64,000 bases of DNA from Octopus sinensis (taxonomy: Eukaryota). Every line of letters starts with the position of its first letter. Within the stretch, counting starts at the first letter, position 1. Where the stretch lies: assembly GCF_006345805.1 (NCBI RefSeq), contig NC_043011.1:6696001-6760000 (forward strand). The letters are read 5' to 3'. Made by a program: the position numbers and the translations under genes. Below are positions 41,501 through 54,220 of the stretch, piece after piece. The notes below the pieces were generated by a model. It ran no database searches, was not told the origin of the DNA, and was given only the letters and a program-made list of their open reading frames with translations.

Positions 41501-41554
<54 letters not shown>

Positions 41555-42734
41555 TGTGTATATGTATGTGTGTGTGTGTGTGTGTCTTTGTATCTGTGTT
41601 TGTCTCCGTAACTTAGCGGTTCGACCTAAGAGACCGATAAAAAAACTACTCGGTTTACAAAGAATAACTCCTGGAGTCGATTTCTTCGACAAAAAAAAAC
41701 CAAAACCTTTAAGGCGGTGCTCCAGCATGGCCGCAGTCTAATAACAGAAAAAAAGCAAAAGAACGAAACAACACTATGTTAAAAAGTGTGGATACAAGGA
41801 AGGATTCCATTCTTGATAAAATGTGTCTGAATAAAAGACAGGCTGGTCACGGTTGGGACGTCTTTGATCATAGATCTATCCGGCTAAGGCTGACCTAGGG
41901 CTTCAACAATAACAAGCATCGCTACAATACCACCACCACCACCACCACCTGCCCTCTCAATGCTGTTTTATTTCTAGACCTACTAGAAAGAGCAGCTAAA
42001 TAGTTCGCAAACAAAGCAGGACATATATATTCTACACTGTAAGATGCGGTTCTTTAGTCGTCACAACTGAGAGTGGCAGTCACGGCTGGAATATATTTGC
42101 TCGTAGTTTTCTTCCATCCAGTTCCCATCCAGGGTTAAATAGCATTAACAACAGCAGCAATATTGATACGCCTCCTCCTCCTCCTCCACATCCGCCGCCG
42201 CCTCCTCCGCCTCCTCCACATTCTCCTCTTCCTCCACATCCCCCTCCTCTTCCTCCCCCTCCTTCTTCTTCTTCTTCTTCTTCTTCTTCTTCTTCTCCTT
42301 CTTCTCAGCAGTAGTAGTACCTGTTTTACTAGTAGTACCTCTTGCAGTAAGGAATATTTTGTAGTAGTAGTAGTAGTAGTAGTAGTGGAAGGAGGAGGCG
42401 GAGTTGCAAGAGTCGTTAATGTTATCGTATCCCTAATCAAAAGGTTTCCATAGTTCCTATCCCAAGTAAAATAATATTCAAAACTGAGAGATTTCCCTTT
42501 CGACGACTCAGTCCACCTGCCGATAAATAGGTACTATGGTGAGGTGCTGTAAACTGCAGAAACACTGAGGCAACGTTTTGTGCTTACATCAGTTCTATTT
42601 TTTAAACTTTTATTATAATCAAAGTCTGGAGGAAGGCGCAGTGGTCATAACTTTCGCGGACCTTCCGAGATCGACGGGAGCCTTTCTTATTTCCCTCTTT
42701 GAAAAGTTACAGGAAGAACATGGGCTGAGTAGGA

Positions 42735-43115
42735 ATTGCAACCAACCACATGGTTCCGGGTTCAGTCCCACTGCCTGGCATCTTGGGCAAGTGTCTTCTG
42801 TTATAGCCCCCGGGCCGACCAATGCCTTGGGAGTGGATTTGGTAGACGGAAACTGAAAGAAGCCCATCGTATATATGTATATATATATGTATGTGTGTGT
42901 GTGTTTGTGTGTCTGTGTTTGTCCCCCTAGCATTGCTTGACAACCGATGCTGGTGTGTTTACGTCCCCGTCACCTAGCGGTTCGGCAAAAATGACCGATA
43001 GAATAAGTACTGGGCTTACAAAGAATAAGTCCCGGGGTCGATTTGCTCGACTAAAGGCGGTGCTCCAGCATGGCCGCAGTCAAATGACTGAAACAAGTAA
43101 AAGAGTAAAAGAGTA
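42735..43115 (+). mobile_element. CORE-type SINE (5' truncated)
   Basis: Same family as 4145-4547. Confidence 0.85.
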
Positions 43116-43394
43116 AACGTTCTGGGGAAGAAATGGTGGTGGCTGTGTTGATGGTCGATATGACGCAAGTGATGAATAGAGAAGAAGAAGAAGAAGAAGA
43201 AGAAGAAGAAGACGAGGAAGAAAAAGCGAGCGAATTGAAAAAGCTTGAGAGATGGGCGTGATTGGAAGCTAATAAGCTCCAAGGTGTATACACCATTGTA
43301 TTTGTAGTCGCTTTGGGAAAGTCGGAGGGGGAAGACAATACGTCTAAGAGCCAGCAGCTAAGTATCTACAGGTGTACAGAAAGAGACTAAAGAA

Positions 43395-43830
43395 TGGAGA
43401 GCGAGCAGTATGTCTTGACTATTATATATTTACTTATTGCCCACAAGGGGCTAAACAGAGAGAGGACAAACAAGGACAGATAAACGGATTAAGTCGACCC
43501 CAATGCGTCACTGGTACTTATTTAATCGACCCCGAAAGGATGAAAGGCAAAGTCGACCTCGGCGGAATTTGAACTCAGAACGTAAAGACAGATAAAATAC
43601 CTATTTCTTTATTACCCACAAGGGGCTTAACACAGAGAGGACAAACAAGGACAGACATAGGTATTAAGTCGATTAAATCGACCCCAGTGCGTAACTGGTA
43701 CTTAATTTATCGACCCCGAAAGGATGAAAGGCAAAGTCGACCTCGGCGGAATTTGAACTCAGAACGTAACCGCAGACGAAATACCGCTAAGCATTTCGCC
43801 CGGCACGTTAACGTGTCTGCCTGCTCGCCG
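43395..43830 (-). mobile_element. Meta-type SINE, tandem duplicated
   Basis: GAAAGGATGAAAGGCAAAGTCGACCTCGGCGGAATTTGAACTCAGAACG occurs twice (~43535 and ~43717). Confidence 0.75.
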
Positions 43831-44366
43831 CTTGCGCTATTATACGCCACGCCATACGATTCATCGCAGCGTATCGGAGTGCAGAGTGTGGTCACCAACA
43901 ATGGCGGATACGTCATATCACTGGGAAAAAATGGATCCACGGATGGTGCCTCACTCTTCAATTGACATGTCATACAAACTGCTCGATCAGGGTTGACAGC
44001 AATAACACATGACGACGATAACGACAACAACCAGAACAACAAAGATATTCCGAACCAATTAATCTGTCAAACTACCGTGTTTTACTGGATAATTTAACCA
44101 CGTCGCTGATTCTCTCATATTACACGAAGGTCAAGAATAACTTGGTAATCACTCAATCACCTGCAGCGTCACTGCTCCGCCACTGTCTAACGTAGTCTGG
44201 AATCAAGCTAGACCAAACCCCAGAATATGACGAGTAATTAGTGATAACGGTTAAGATTTTTAATTATCGGAATATATTTTGATATTGCGACTGTCGTAGC
44301 TTTTTTGGCGGCGAGAGGTGGATTTGAATTGTTTGGGACAAGTTTCTCACCTCCGCCAAACACAAC

Positions 44367-44428
<62 letters not shown>

Positions 44429-44430
<2 letters not shown>

Positions 44431-44828
44431 GAGTGAGAGAGCAGTGCATGCCATCAAAGTGACACTGGGGGTAAAATATACGAAACCCAGTATACCCATC
44501 ATGACTACCCATCTGATAAGGGTACACCAGGCACATGCATCACAACCATATGTGCGCGACATGGTGATGTCATATCAAAATAAACAGCGCATGACCTTGC
44601 AGGTGGGGCCCAGTTAGAATTTTCTTCAGGTTGAGTAGCCCATTCCGCTCAAACGGTCCCTGAATAAGGGTTGTTTAAGGATGTTGAAAGAACCACCCAT
44701 GTTTCCAGAGGTGAATTATTCAAACCCCAAAGAATCCCCCTCAACACATGGCTATGATGCTCCCCCACTACTTCTGCTCGTGATCAGAGATGCACATATC
44801 GTCAGCCACTAAGGGACATGCTCAACTG

Positions 44829-44831
<3 letters not shown>
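44429..44831 (-). mobile_element. Non-coding retroposon-like element with (AAT)n tail, 5'-truncated copy
   Basis: Reverse complement of 49541-49943; flanked by (ATT)n. Confidence 0.7.
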
Positions 44832-44859
<28 letters not shown>

Positions 44860-44867
<8 letters not shown>

Positions 44868-45435
44868 TTATGTTTGACTTTTGCTTTACATTTGAACAAG
44901 TTGGCTCCAAGTCTCACCCAGAGACCTCAAGATACAACAAATTAGAAGTTCATGCGGTGTTATACCTAGGGTGCCATATATTTGGTTTTGTACATAGTGT
45001 TGTTCTAGGGAATGTTTAAGAAACCATAAGAAAATTATGTGTTTGTTTTAAAATTTGAGATTACATAGAAAGTATTTTGCGTAGGATATGGGCAGTTCCC
45101 ATGAGCACTATCTTTTTGAATTTCTGCCATTTTGGGTGTTTCCTGGTATCTGAGCTAGGTAGCAATCAGTCTTTTTTGATATCATTCCCAGGGCACCTAT
45201 AACAACAGGTATTGTTTTAGTCTTTAGGTACCACATTTTGCTGATTTCTATTTCAAGGTCTTTATATTTGCTCAGTTTTTGGTAGGTCTTGACCAGATAC
45301 GTTTATATCGATTGGGAAGTCATATCAATGAGGAGGCATGATTTTCGTCTGAAGTCTTTCAATATAATGTCTGGTCTATTTGCATCTATCTTTTTGTCAG
45401 TTTGAATGGTGAAGTTCCAGAGGAGTGAGATGTGA
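44860..45435 (-). mobile_element. R4/Dong-clade LINE 3' fragment (REL endonuclease), subfamily 1
   Basis: Minus frames: NDHISLLWNFTIQTDKKIDANRPDIILKDFRRKSCLLIDM...KLSKYKDLEIEISKMWYLKTKTIPVVIGALG, plus a frameshifted EIQKIVLMGTAHILRKILSM; (AAT)n tail. Confidence 0.8.
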
Positions 45436-45437
45436 TC

Positions 45438-45551
<114 letters not shown>

Positions 45552-45694
45552 TAAAGGCGGCGAGATGGCAGAATCGTTAACACGCCGGGCAAAATGCTTA
45601 GTGGAATATCGTCTTTACGTTCTGTGTTCAAATTCCGCCGAGATCGACTGGCCCCTCACCCCAAATTTCAGACCTTATGCCTATAGTAGAAAAG

Positions 45695-45745
<51 letters not shown>

Positions 45746-45749
45746 GTTG

Positions 45750-47326
45750 TTGTTGTTGTTGTTGCCTTTGCACAGCTTCTAACGCTGGAGATGTATTACA
45801 GTGTCAGTGAACTAAGGTAACACCTCTTATTTTTCGAGCACCTTCCAGAGTATTCGAGCGGTTCCAAGCAGTGCTGTTTCCTGCAAGTGCACCACCCTTT
45901 TTGCAGCCCCTATTTGTTTCACGTACTTCTCGAGATTTTTGCTCACTGTTCCCAAGGCTACGACAATTATTGGTACTACTACTACCTTTTTCATTGACCA
46001 CAACTGCTTAACTTCCCAAGCTAACCTATCATATCTCTCGACTTTTCTTTCTTCCTTATCACATACCTTGTTGTTAGCAGGGCATGCTATATCTATAATC
46101 CAGCATAGTTTATTTTCTTTCTCAATTAAGACTATGTCCGGCTTCCTATTCTCTATCTCATGTTCGCACTGAACCATGAAATCCCATAGGATCTTTGCAT
46201 TTCTATTTTCAACGATGCCTTTGGGTTTGTGGTCGTACCAAATTTTTGCTCTCTCAAGTCCATACTTGTTGCAAAGTGTACAATGGACAAGCCTGGCTAT
46301 ATTGTTCTGGCGTCTCTTATATTTTTTCTGGGCTAATGGCGTACATGGGCTGGTAATACGCCATATAGTTTCACCGTTTTCTGTGTTGTCTATTCTGTAT
46401 TTTATGTAGTTTGTTCTTAGTGGTTGCTCTTGGGCAGCACAGATTAGAGTCTCCGTTTCTGGTTTTAAATCACTTTTACTCATCCACGGCCATCTTATTT
46501 CTCTGTCTGTTTTATCTTCAACATCCCTATGAAATTGACCATGCATTCTTTTCTTTACCCACCTATTTTCAGACTCATTCGTTTTCAATTTCTTGTATAG
46601 TGCTTTATCTTCGCAATCTTTCATCCTCTCTCAAGCCTGACCTTCCTACATCTAATAATAGCGGTTCTGTGGCATTTTTTTTACATACCATGCTATGTTG
46701 TTTTCTTCTGCTCTAATGCTGTGTTCGCATCCAATAAGTCCTCTTCCCATTCTTTTTCTTGGTACATACAGTCTGTCTGTGTCACATTTTGGGTGGAGTG
46801 ACCCCATATCTAGTTAGCAACTTCCTTGTCTTTCTGTTTAAGCTGTTTAGTTCGTCTACTGTCCATGCGATTACCCCTGCTCCATATCTAAGGAGTGAAA
46901 CCGCCCAGTTGTTGATAGCTTCGATCTTATTCCTTTCGACTTAAGGATCAGTCTCAGTCTGCGTAAGTACTCCACCTTAAATTTTTCTGTCATTTCTTTC
47001 TCCATCTATTTATCCATTTCCAAAACCCCCAAGTACTTATAGCCCGTTTCTTTTATCTGCTTCATAACCTCCCCCGACTGCATCGTTAGCTCGTCCATAC
47101 ATTTGATTTTGCCTCTCTTCATGACTAACATACCACACTTTCTCAGTCCGAGCTCCATTCTGATATCAGCACAGAAGGTTTACACCGTATCAACGAGGGA
47201 ACTGACTTGGTCATCATATTTACCATAAAGTTTGAGATCAACAATGAATAACACCCGGCTGACTTTTTGCTGGCGGCTTTTGAATACACACCCAGCTTTT
47301 GCTTTCCTCGAAGTCAGTGTTAGTGG
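45750..47326 (-). mobile_element. R4/Dong-clade LINE, 5'-truncated and inactivated (RT C-terminus + REL endonuclease)
   Basis: ORF 45827-46624 carries HGQF, LICAAQEQ, LWDF..Q.EHEIENRKPDIVLIEK...IIDIACP and LQETALLGTARIL. Upstream frames give LFIVDLKLYGK (degenerate FMDD), GLRKCG, YKYLG and GRGL. The CxxC of the knuckle is deleted; (AAC/AAT)n tail. Confidence 0.9.
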
Positions 47327-47355
47327 TATTATTATTATTATTATTATTATCATTA

Positions 47356-47550
47356 AGGCGGTGAGCTGACAGAATCGTTAGCACGCTGGACGAAATGCTT
47401 AGCGGTATATCGTCAGCCGCTACGTTCTGAGTTTAAATTCCGCCGGGGTCGACTTTGCCTTTCATCCTTTCAGGGTCGATTAAATAAGTACCAGTTACGC
47501 ACTGGAGTCAATTTAATTCCTTCCCCAAAATTTCAGGTCTTGTACTTTCA
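47356..47550 (+). mobile_element. Meta-type SINE ending in an (ATT)n tail
   Basis: GGCGGTGAGCTGACAG head ... GTAGAAAGG-(ATT)n. Confidence 0.75.
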
Positions 47551-47559
47551 GTAGAAAGG

Positions 47560-47609
<50 letters not shown>

Positions 47610-47632
47610 CATCATCATCATCATCATCATCA

Positions 47633-47669
<37 letters not shown>

Positions 47670-47689
47670 CATTATTATTATTATTATTA

Positions 47690-47722
<33 letters not shown>

Positions 47723-47745
47723 CATTATTATTATTATTATTATCA

Positions 47746-47794
<49 letters not shown>

Positions 47795-47816
47795 CATTAT
47801 TATTATATTATTATTA

Positions 47817-47865
<49 letters not shown>

Positions 47866-47888
47866 CATTATTATTATTATTATTATTA

Positions 47889-47919
<31 letters not shown>

Positions 47920-47944
47920 CATTATTATTATTATTATTATATTA

Positions 47945-48032
<88 letters not shown>
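47551..48032. repeat. ~480-bp (ATT)n/(ATC)n microsatellite
   Basis: Visible directly. Confidence 0.95.
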
Positions 48033-48659
48033 GCCTTTTATCTTTTCGGCGTCGACTTACCCCCTCCTCCGATATTGCTAGCCTTGTGCCAAAAATTGAA
48101 ACAAATGTTATAACATGTATTAATGAACAATTGTAATTAAGATGGTGATAGTGATTAGGTTTATAGTGACTTCGACCACCACCACCACACCACCACCACC
48201 ACCACCACCATCACCACCACCATTACTACCAGTTCCATTATCTTTATCATCATCGACATCATCATCACCATCACTGCCATAAATATCATCATCATCATCG
48301 TCAGTATCATTACCATCATCGCCTCACTCGGTCAGAAACGAAGACTCTCTTGCCCACCCCTTTTTGTCAGGGCTCACCCAAACATTCACCCACCCCCATC
48401 AACACATCATATCTTCTGAATGTTATCAGCCGTCGGTATCATTACTGAAAAAGTGACATCGCATTATCATTTTTATCACTTTTGACGGCGAAACAAAGTT
48501 ATCGCTCAACCATTGACATTAGCATCACCATCACTTATAGTTGTCATCATAATCATCATCAACAACATCACTATCATCATCATCATCATCATCATCGTTG
48601 TCATCATCGTGACTGCCATCACCACCATCACCACGTTAAGATCAACAAAATATTGATTT

Positions 48660-49035
48660 CAAATTTTGGCACAAGGCCAGCAATTTCGGGGGAGGGGTAA
48701 GTTGATGACATCGACCCCAGTATTTCACTGGTACTTGATTTAACGACCCCGAAAGGATGAAATGCAAAGTCGACCTCGGCGGAATTTGAACTCAGAATGT
48801 AGCGACGGGCAAAATACCTATTTCTTTACTACCCACAAGGGGCAAAACGCAGAGGGGACGATCAAGGACAGACAAACGGAGTAAGTCGATTATATCGACC
48901 CCAGTGAGTAACTGGTACTTATTTAATCGACCCCGAAACGATGAAAGGCAAAGTCGACCTCGGCGGAATTTGAACTCAGAACGTAGCGGCAGACGAAATA
49001 CCGCTTAGCATTTCGCCCGGCGTGCTAACGTTTCT
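48660..49035 (-). mobile_element. Meta-type SINE, tandem duplicated
   Basis: The central domain appears twice (~48750 and ~48930). Confidence 0.75.
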
Positions 49036-49070
49036 GCCAGATCGCAGAATAACAATAATAACAACGGCAA

Positions 49071-49101
<31 letters not shown>

Positions 49102-49139
49102 AGCAGCATCAGCAACAACAACAACAACAATAATAATAA

Positions 49140-49285
49140 GGGGTTGCAATAAGGATGGAGCACTTGCAGTAAACAACATTCTTGAAGGTACTCGAAAAAT
49201 AAGGGGTGTTACCTTAGTTCACTGGTAGTGAACAGCCGACACCGTAGTACATCTCCAGAATTAGGAGCTCTGCAAAGGCAATAAT
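49140..49285 (+). mobile_element. R4/Dong 3' tip, same subfamily as 45750-47326
   Basis: CACTTGCAG...GGTACTCGAAAAATAAGGGGTGTTACCTTAGTTCACTG...TGCAAAGGC-(AAT)n matches the reverse complement of 45750-45900. Confidence 0.8.
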
Positions 49286-49292
49286 AATAATA

Positions 49293-49330
<38 letters not shown>

Positions 49331-49340
49331 TAATAATAAT

Positions 49341-49943
49341 TTGCCCTGATGCAGTACCATTTGCCCTGATGCAGTACCTTTTGCCCTGATGCAGTACCAG
49401 GCAGTGGCTCTCATGGCTTCTGATCTTAACTGATTGGAAGTGTTATCATGTACATTGTTTTGTCTTGGTATAAAAGATGGGCTACACAGCAATATTCTGC
49501 TCAATACCACAGATTTTCTTCTTCTCAGTTGTTTGACCTTAACCAGTTGAGCATGTCCCTTAGTGGCTGACGATATGTGCATCTCTGATCACGAGCAGAA
49601 GTAGTGGGGGAGCATCATAGCCATGTGTTGAGAGGGATTCTTTTGGGGTTTGAATAGTTCACCTCTGGAAACATGGGTGGTTCTTTCAACATCCTTAAAC
49701 AACCCTTATTCAGGGACCGTTTGAGCGGGATGGGCTACTCAACCTGAAGAAAATTCTAACTGGGCCCCACCTGCAAGGTCATGTGCTGTTTATCTTGATA
49801 TGAGATCACCATGTCGCGCACATATGGTTGTGATGCATGTGCCTGGTGTACCTTTATCAGACGGGTAGTCATGATGGGTATATTGGGCTTCGTATATTTT
49901 ACCCCAATGTCACTTTGATGGCATGAACTGCTCTCTCACTCAA
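49341..49943 (+). mobile_element. Non-coding retroposon-like element flanked by (AAT)n, with triplicated 5' 20-mer
   Basis: TTGCCCTGATGCAGTACC.. three times, then ~540 bp whose 3' 400 bp match 44429-44831 in reverse. Confidence 0.7.
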
Positions 49944-49974
49944 TAATAATAATAATAGTAATGATATTAATAAT

Positions 49975-50281
49975 AGTCAAGACGAAAAGCGCAATACGAT
50001 TGTAAGATATTTCATTGGTTGAACGATATTTCAACAGTACGTCTGTCTTTGTCAAGTTCAAAATAAGAAGTAATAAAAATTCAAACTTAAAATCTGATGA
50101 TGTCATTCCATCAACGTGTGGACGCTGGTTGCTCTCGTTCATACTTTACGTTTAAATTTCTATAATTTTGAATTCGTATCACTTCTTATTTTGAACTTGA
50201 CAAAGACCGACGTACTGTCGAAAGAAATATCGTTCAACTAATAAAATATCTTACAATCGAATCGCGCTCTTCGTCTTGACT
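49975..50281. mobile_element. Foldback element (~115-bp inverted arms)
   Basis: AGTCAAGACGAAAAGCGC...TTCAAACTTAAA is the reverse complement of TTTAAA...GCGCTCTTCGTCTTGACT. Confidence 0.7.
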
Positions 50282-50324
50282 GTTTTACCTTTGTGAAGAG
50301 TTAGGTCAATCCTTTTTAAAAATA

Positions 50325-50372
<48 letters not shown>

Positions 50373-50376
50373 AACA

Positions 50377-50423
<47 letters not shown>

Positions 50424-50442
50424 TAATAATAAAGATAATAAA

Positions 50443-50858
50443 GGCGCGGGAGTGGCTGTGTGGTAAGTAACTTGCTAACCAACCACATGGTTCCGGGTTC
50501 AGTCCCACTGCGTGGCATCTTGGGCAAGTGTCTTCTGCTATAGCCCCGGGCCGACCAATGCCTTGGGAGTGGATTTATATATATACATATATATGACAGA
50601 AGCCTGTCATATATATGTATATATATAAATGTATGTGTGTATGTGTTTGTGTGTCTGTGTTTGTCCCCCTAGCATTGCTTGACAACCGATGCTGGTGTGT
50701 TTACGTACCCGTCACATAGCGGTTCGGCAAAAGAGACCCTTAGAATAAGTACTGGGCTTACAAAGAATAAGTCCCGGGGTCGATTTGCTCGACTAAAGGC
50801 GGTGCTCCAGCATGGCCGCAGTCAAATGACTGAAACAAGTAAAAGAGTAAAAGAGAGT
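50443..50858 (+). mobile_element. CORE-type SINE, full length
   Basis: Same family as 4145-4547. Confidence 0.85.
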
Positions 50859-51445
50859 AATATGATGATGATGATGATAATAATAATAATAGTGGTGGTG
50901 ATGTTTTCTTTATTAGCCACGACGGGTTGACAAAAAAAGCGAGGGCAGTAGGGGCTGAAACAGTCTGGAATTACATAAAAAAGGAAAAATAGAAAAGAAT
51001 AAATAGCGTTTAAGCAATGGAAATAACAAAAACACAAATTTGAAAACAAAGAAAAATCCCCCCCCCTTCCTCTCCGGAATCGGGCAGACATCACAGAGCT
51101 ACACCTGGAAACCTCGCAGAATCACGGTCACCTTGACCATTAAGACAAACCACCTTCTTCTCCCAGCTGTCCCCTGTCCCTGTCCCAGTATCCAGGCGCA
51201 TGCGCAGAGCACTCTCCCGTTTTCAGTCGGGTCGTGGCTCGTCACTCTTATTCCCTCTCTCCTTTCAACGGGATTTTCTGGGAGGCCACAGCCAATTCCC
51301 TCTCAACCCCTTTACTCTCCCTTGAAAAAGGTGGCTTGACCGAAAAACAAACAGGAAGGTCTATGTCTCCAGCTCCTTTTTTCAGTCTCGTCCACACACA
51401 CGCACACACAACACACACACAAATACACACACACAAACACACACA

Positions 51446-51482
<37 letters not shown>

Positions 51483-51540
51483 CACACACACACACACACA
51501 CAACCAAACACCACACACACACAACACCACACACACACAC

Positions 51541-51574
<34 letters not shown>

Positions 51575-51600
51575 ACAAACCACCCCACACACACACACAA

Positions 51601-51631
<31 letters not shown>

Positions 51632-51977
51632 CACTGAGCCTTCTTCTTCGTCAACTCCGTCGGACAGATGAAGACTGCCTGTTGTAATAGTTTCTGGTTA
51701 TTGGTCATAAGCGGCCAAAACGAAGAAGCAGAAACACAAAGGTAGTGGGGGTGGGGTGGTAGGGGGGAGGGAGTTGTCAAGGAGTGGAGGAAGGAGGGGG
51801 AGGGGATTCGTTACCATCGGATAAAATGGGACGAAAGACAATTGATAAAACAATAGCATACTTTCATCGTCGTCGTCGTCGTCATCATCATCATCACTAC
51901 CACTGTCATCAACACCATCACCATCACATCATCATCACCATAGTCACCATCACGATGACCACTACTATCATCATCAA

Positions 51978-52077
51978 NNNNNNNNNNNNNNNNNNNNNNN
52001 NNNNNNNNNNNNNNNNNNNNNNNNNNNNNNNNNNNNNNNNNNNNNNNNNNNNNNNNNNNNNNNNNNNNNNNNNNNNN
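51978..52077. other. Assembly gap (100 N)
   Basis: Run of N; true size unknown. Confidence 0.99.
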
Positions 52078-52232
52078 TAATGTTTCTACTTTGAGTATAA
52101 TGTAGGGGTTTAATTTATTATCACCTGTTAGTATTCTGGGTCTAATTTCTGCTAAGCTCAACTTTACCTTTCCTCCTTCCAGGGGTTAATAAAACAGAGC
52201 ACCAGCCAACGACTGGAGTGTCACACATTAGC

Positions 52233-52461
52233 TTAACCCTTTTGTTACTGTATTTATTTTGAGATGCTCTGTGTTTCTTTCAATTAATTTTAAATATAAT
52301 AAAGAATTTAGTAAAATAACTTAGTTATCATTAAGTTAGTGTTAGGAACATAAATTGTGACTAAGGCTTGGTGGAATATTTTAATTCAAAACTTATAAAA
52401 ACAAGATATTTTACCACAGAGCCAGAGCCGGTTTTGGCCGGGTTAGTAACAAAAGGGTTAA
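52233..52461. mobile_element. piggyBac-type MITE
   Basis: TTAACCCTTTTGTTAC ... GTAACAAAAGGGTTAA. Confidence 0.8.
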
Positions 52462-53397
52462 TCATGACAAAATTAATTTCCTAAATTCTTCGTTATCTTC
52501 AAAATTAATTGAAACAAAGGCAGTGAATTAGAAATAAAAGAGTTCAGCCTTTCGACACGGATTCACCTGGGACCTACCCCTGATTCTGTGATGGAAACTT
52601 TCTCATCTAAAGTGCTTTAAAATCTTTCATCAAAATTTCAAGTTGATTTTGTTCCAAACACTGACTTAATAATGACAGTTATTTTAATAAACCGTTATTT
52701 TCAGAATTAATTCAAACCAAAGTGTTAAGTAGGGGCATCCAGACATAGAAACCTTGTCGGACATTGGAGGCCGATGAAGGGTCTGCTTGTTAGTTGGATC
52801 CTGTCAAACCCGCCAACCTATACAAGAATTACAGACAGACGTTAAGTGATGAAGAGGACCAAAAAGTATATCAACAGAAATACTTTTGAAGGGTTTTTCT
52901 ACAGATTTTCTATAAAATACAGAGCCAGCACAGAAAGTTACGAGGTTCCGCATACTAATCTGTCGATATAAACAATACGACTGAAGATAGAAAAAAATCA
53001 GGAATTGGTTTAGATGCATATTTCAAGAGTCACTGCTCCTCCACCCCAGCGCCACATCCAACCCATCAACTGTGCACTTGATAGATTGGATACTACTTTG
53101 GTAGAATATTAGGGTTGCAAAATGAAATACAAGGTTGGTGTCAGCAATGCAAATAGGGTAAGAAAAGGGTCAGTTCTTCCTTGCAACTAAAATTGCTGGT
53201 TTTGGTATCAGTGGGTTGGCCGAATCGACTGAGCATCAAAGAGAATGTCTTGTGGAGTGTGCCTGCATTTAGTTGAGCAACCCATCTCTGGATGCAGTAC
53301 AGGGTGTCTGGATGGGTAGCAGCAGCACGCCTCCAGATGTGGGAGCACCTGGGACAGTGCTCCTACGTCTGGGGCCCCCACAACAGAGATGTGCTCT

Positions 53398-53434
<37 letters not shown>

Positions 53435-53483
53435 AAAGATGTCAAGCAAGTTAATAAACACATAAATATTTCCAAGTTCATAC

Positions 53484-53618
53484 CTTCTGGAATGGCGGAA
53501 TTGGGGAGAGACCCTCCTGGGTCTTGGTGCAGGTTTCGTTGACCTTCTGAACAACACTAGAGGGCACCACATGTACAGTTAACTTATGTCTAGAAATGGC
53601 ATCGTAGGCGACAGTGGT
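53484..53618 (-). CDS. IDE: Insulin-degrading enzyme exon (135 bp, phase 0-0)
   Basis: tttcag|TTVAYDAISRHKLTVHVVPSSVVQKVNETCTKTQEGLSPIPPFQK|gtatga; aligns to human EMLAVDAPRRHKVSVHV...APALPQ. Confidence 0.8.
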
Positions 53619-53951
53619 CTGAAATTAGACAAGAACAGGGAAGATGTAGAAGGGACAGAAAGTGTGGAGGGGGAGTCAGGAGGAGAAGGCTGAGGAGGGA
53701 GAGAGAAAGAGAGAGAGAGAGAGAGATGCAGTAAAAGTCACACAAGATGGTGGGGGAGGACAGGAGAAGGTTGAAGTAGGGGACAGAGAGAAAAAGTAGG
53801 GGCTGGGGGACATCATCATCACTTAAAATTTCAAAATTTGATCGACAACTGTGGGTTAACTAGGTTTGTTACACAAGTGATAAGGAGAGAAAGTGAAGGA
53901 GGAAAAGAGAAGGGGAAAGAGAAGAAAGATGGTGAGAACGAGAAAAGAGGC

Positions 53952-53984
<33 letters not shown>

Positions 53985-54158
53985 GAGAGAGAGAGAGAGA
54001 AAGAAAGGTGTGTGTGTGTGTGTGAGTGTAAGATGCAGTGGACTGTGAGGATCCATTCAACCATGGAAATATTGATGATGATGTTGTATATGAGGGACAG
54101 TCCCCCCCACACCCCCACACACCCATAGGCAGACAAAGCTGAAACGCCAGGCACTTAC

Positions 54159-54220
54159 ATTATAGAAATTAATCAAGTCTGCTTTGGTAAGAGTTTTCAA
54201 ATATTCAACTTCAATATTAT
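54159..54220 (-). CDS. IDE: Insulin-degrading enzyme exon (62 bp, phase 1-0)
   Basis: ttccag|(D)NIEVEYLKTLTKADLINFYN|gtaagt; human DNTEVAYLKTLTKEDIIKFYK. Confidence 0.92.

Noticed and set aside
49341-49400. CRISPR-like direct repeats
   Set aside because: The units are contiguous with no spacers, there are no cas genes, and the context is eukaryotic.
50900-53020. Candidates for the IDE terminal exon (acceptors near 52980, 51700, 51325, 50955)
   Set aside because: None encodes anything like PxxIxNxxxFKxxLxL(F/Y)P.
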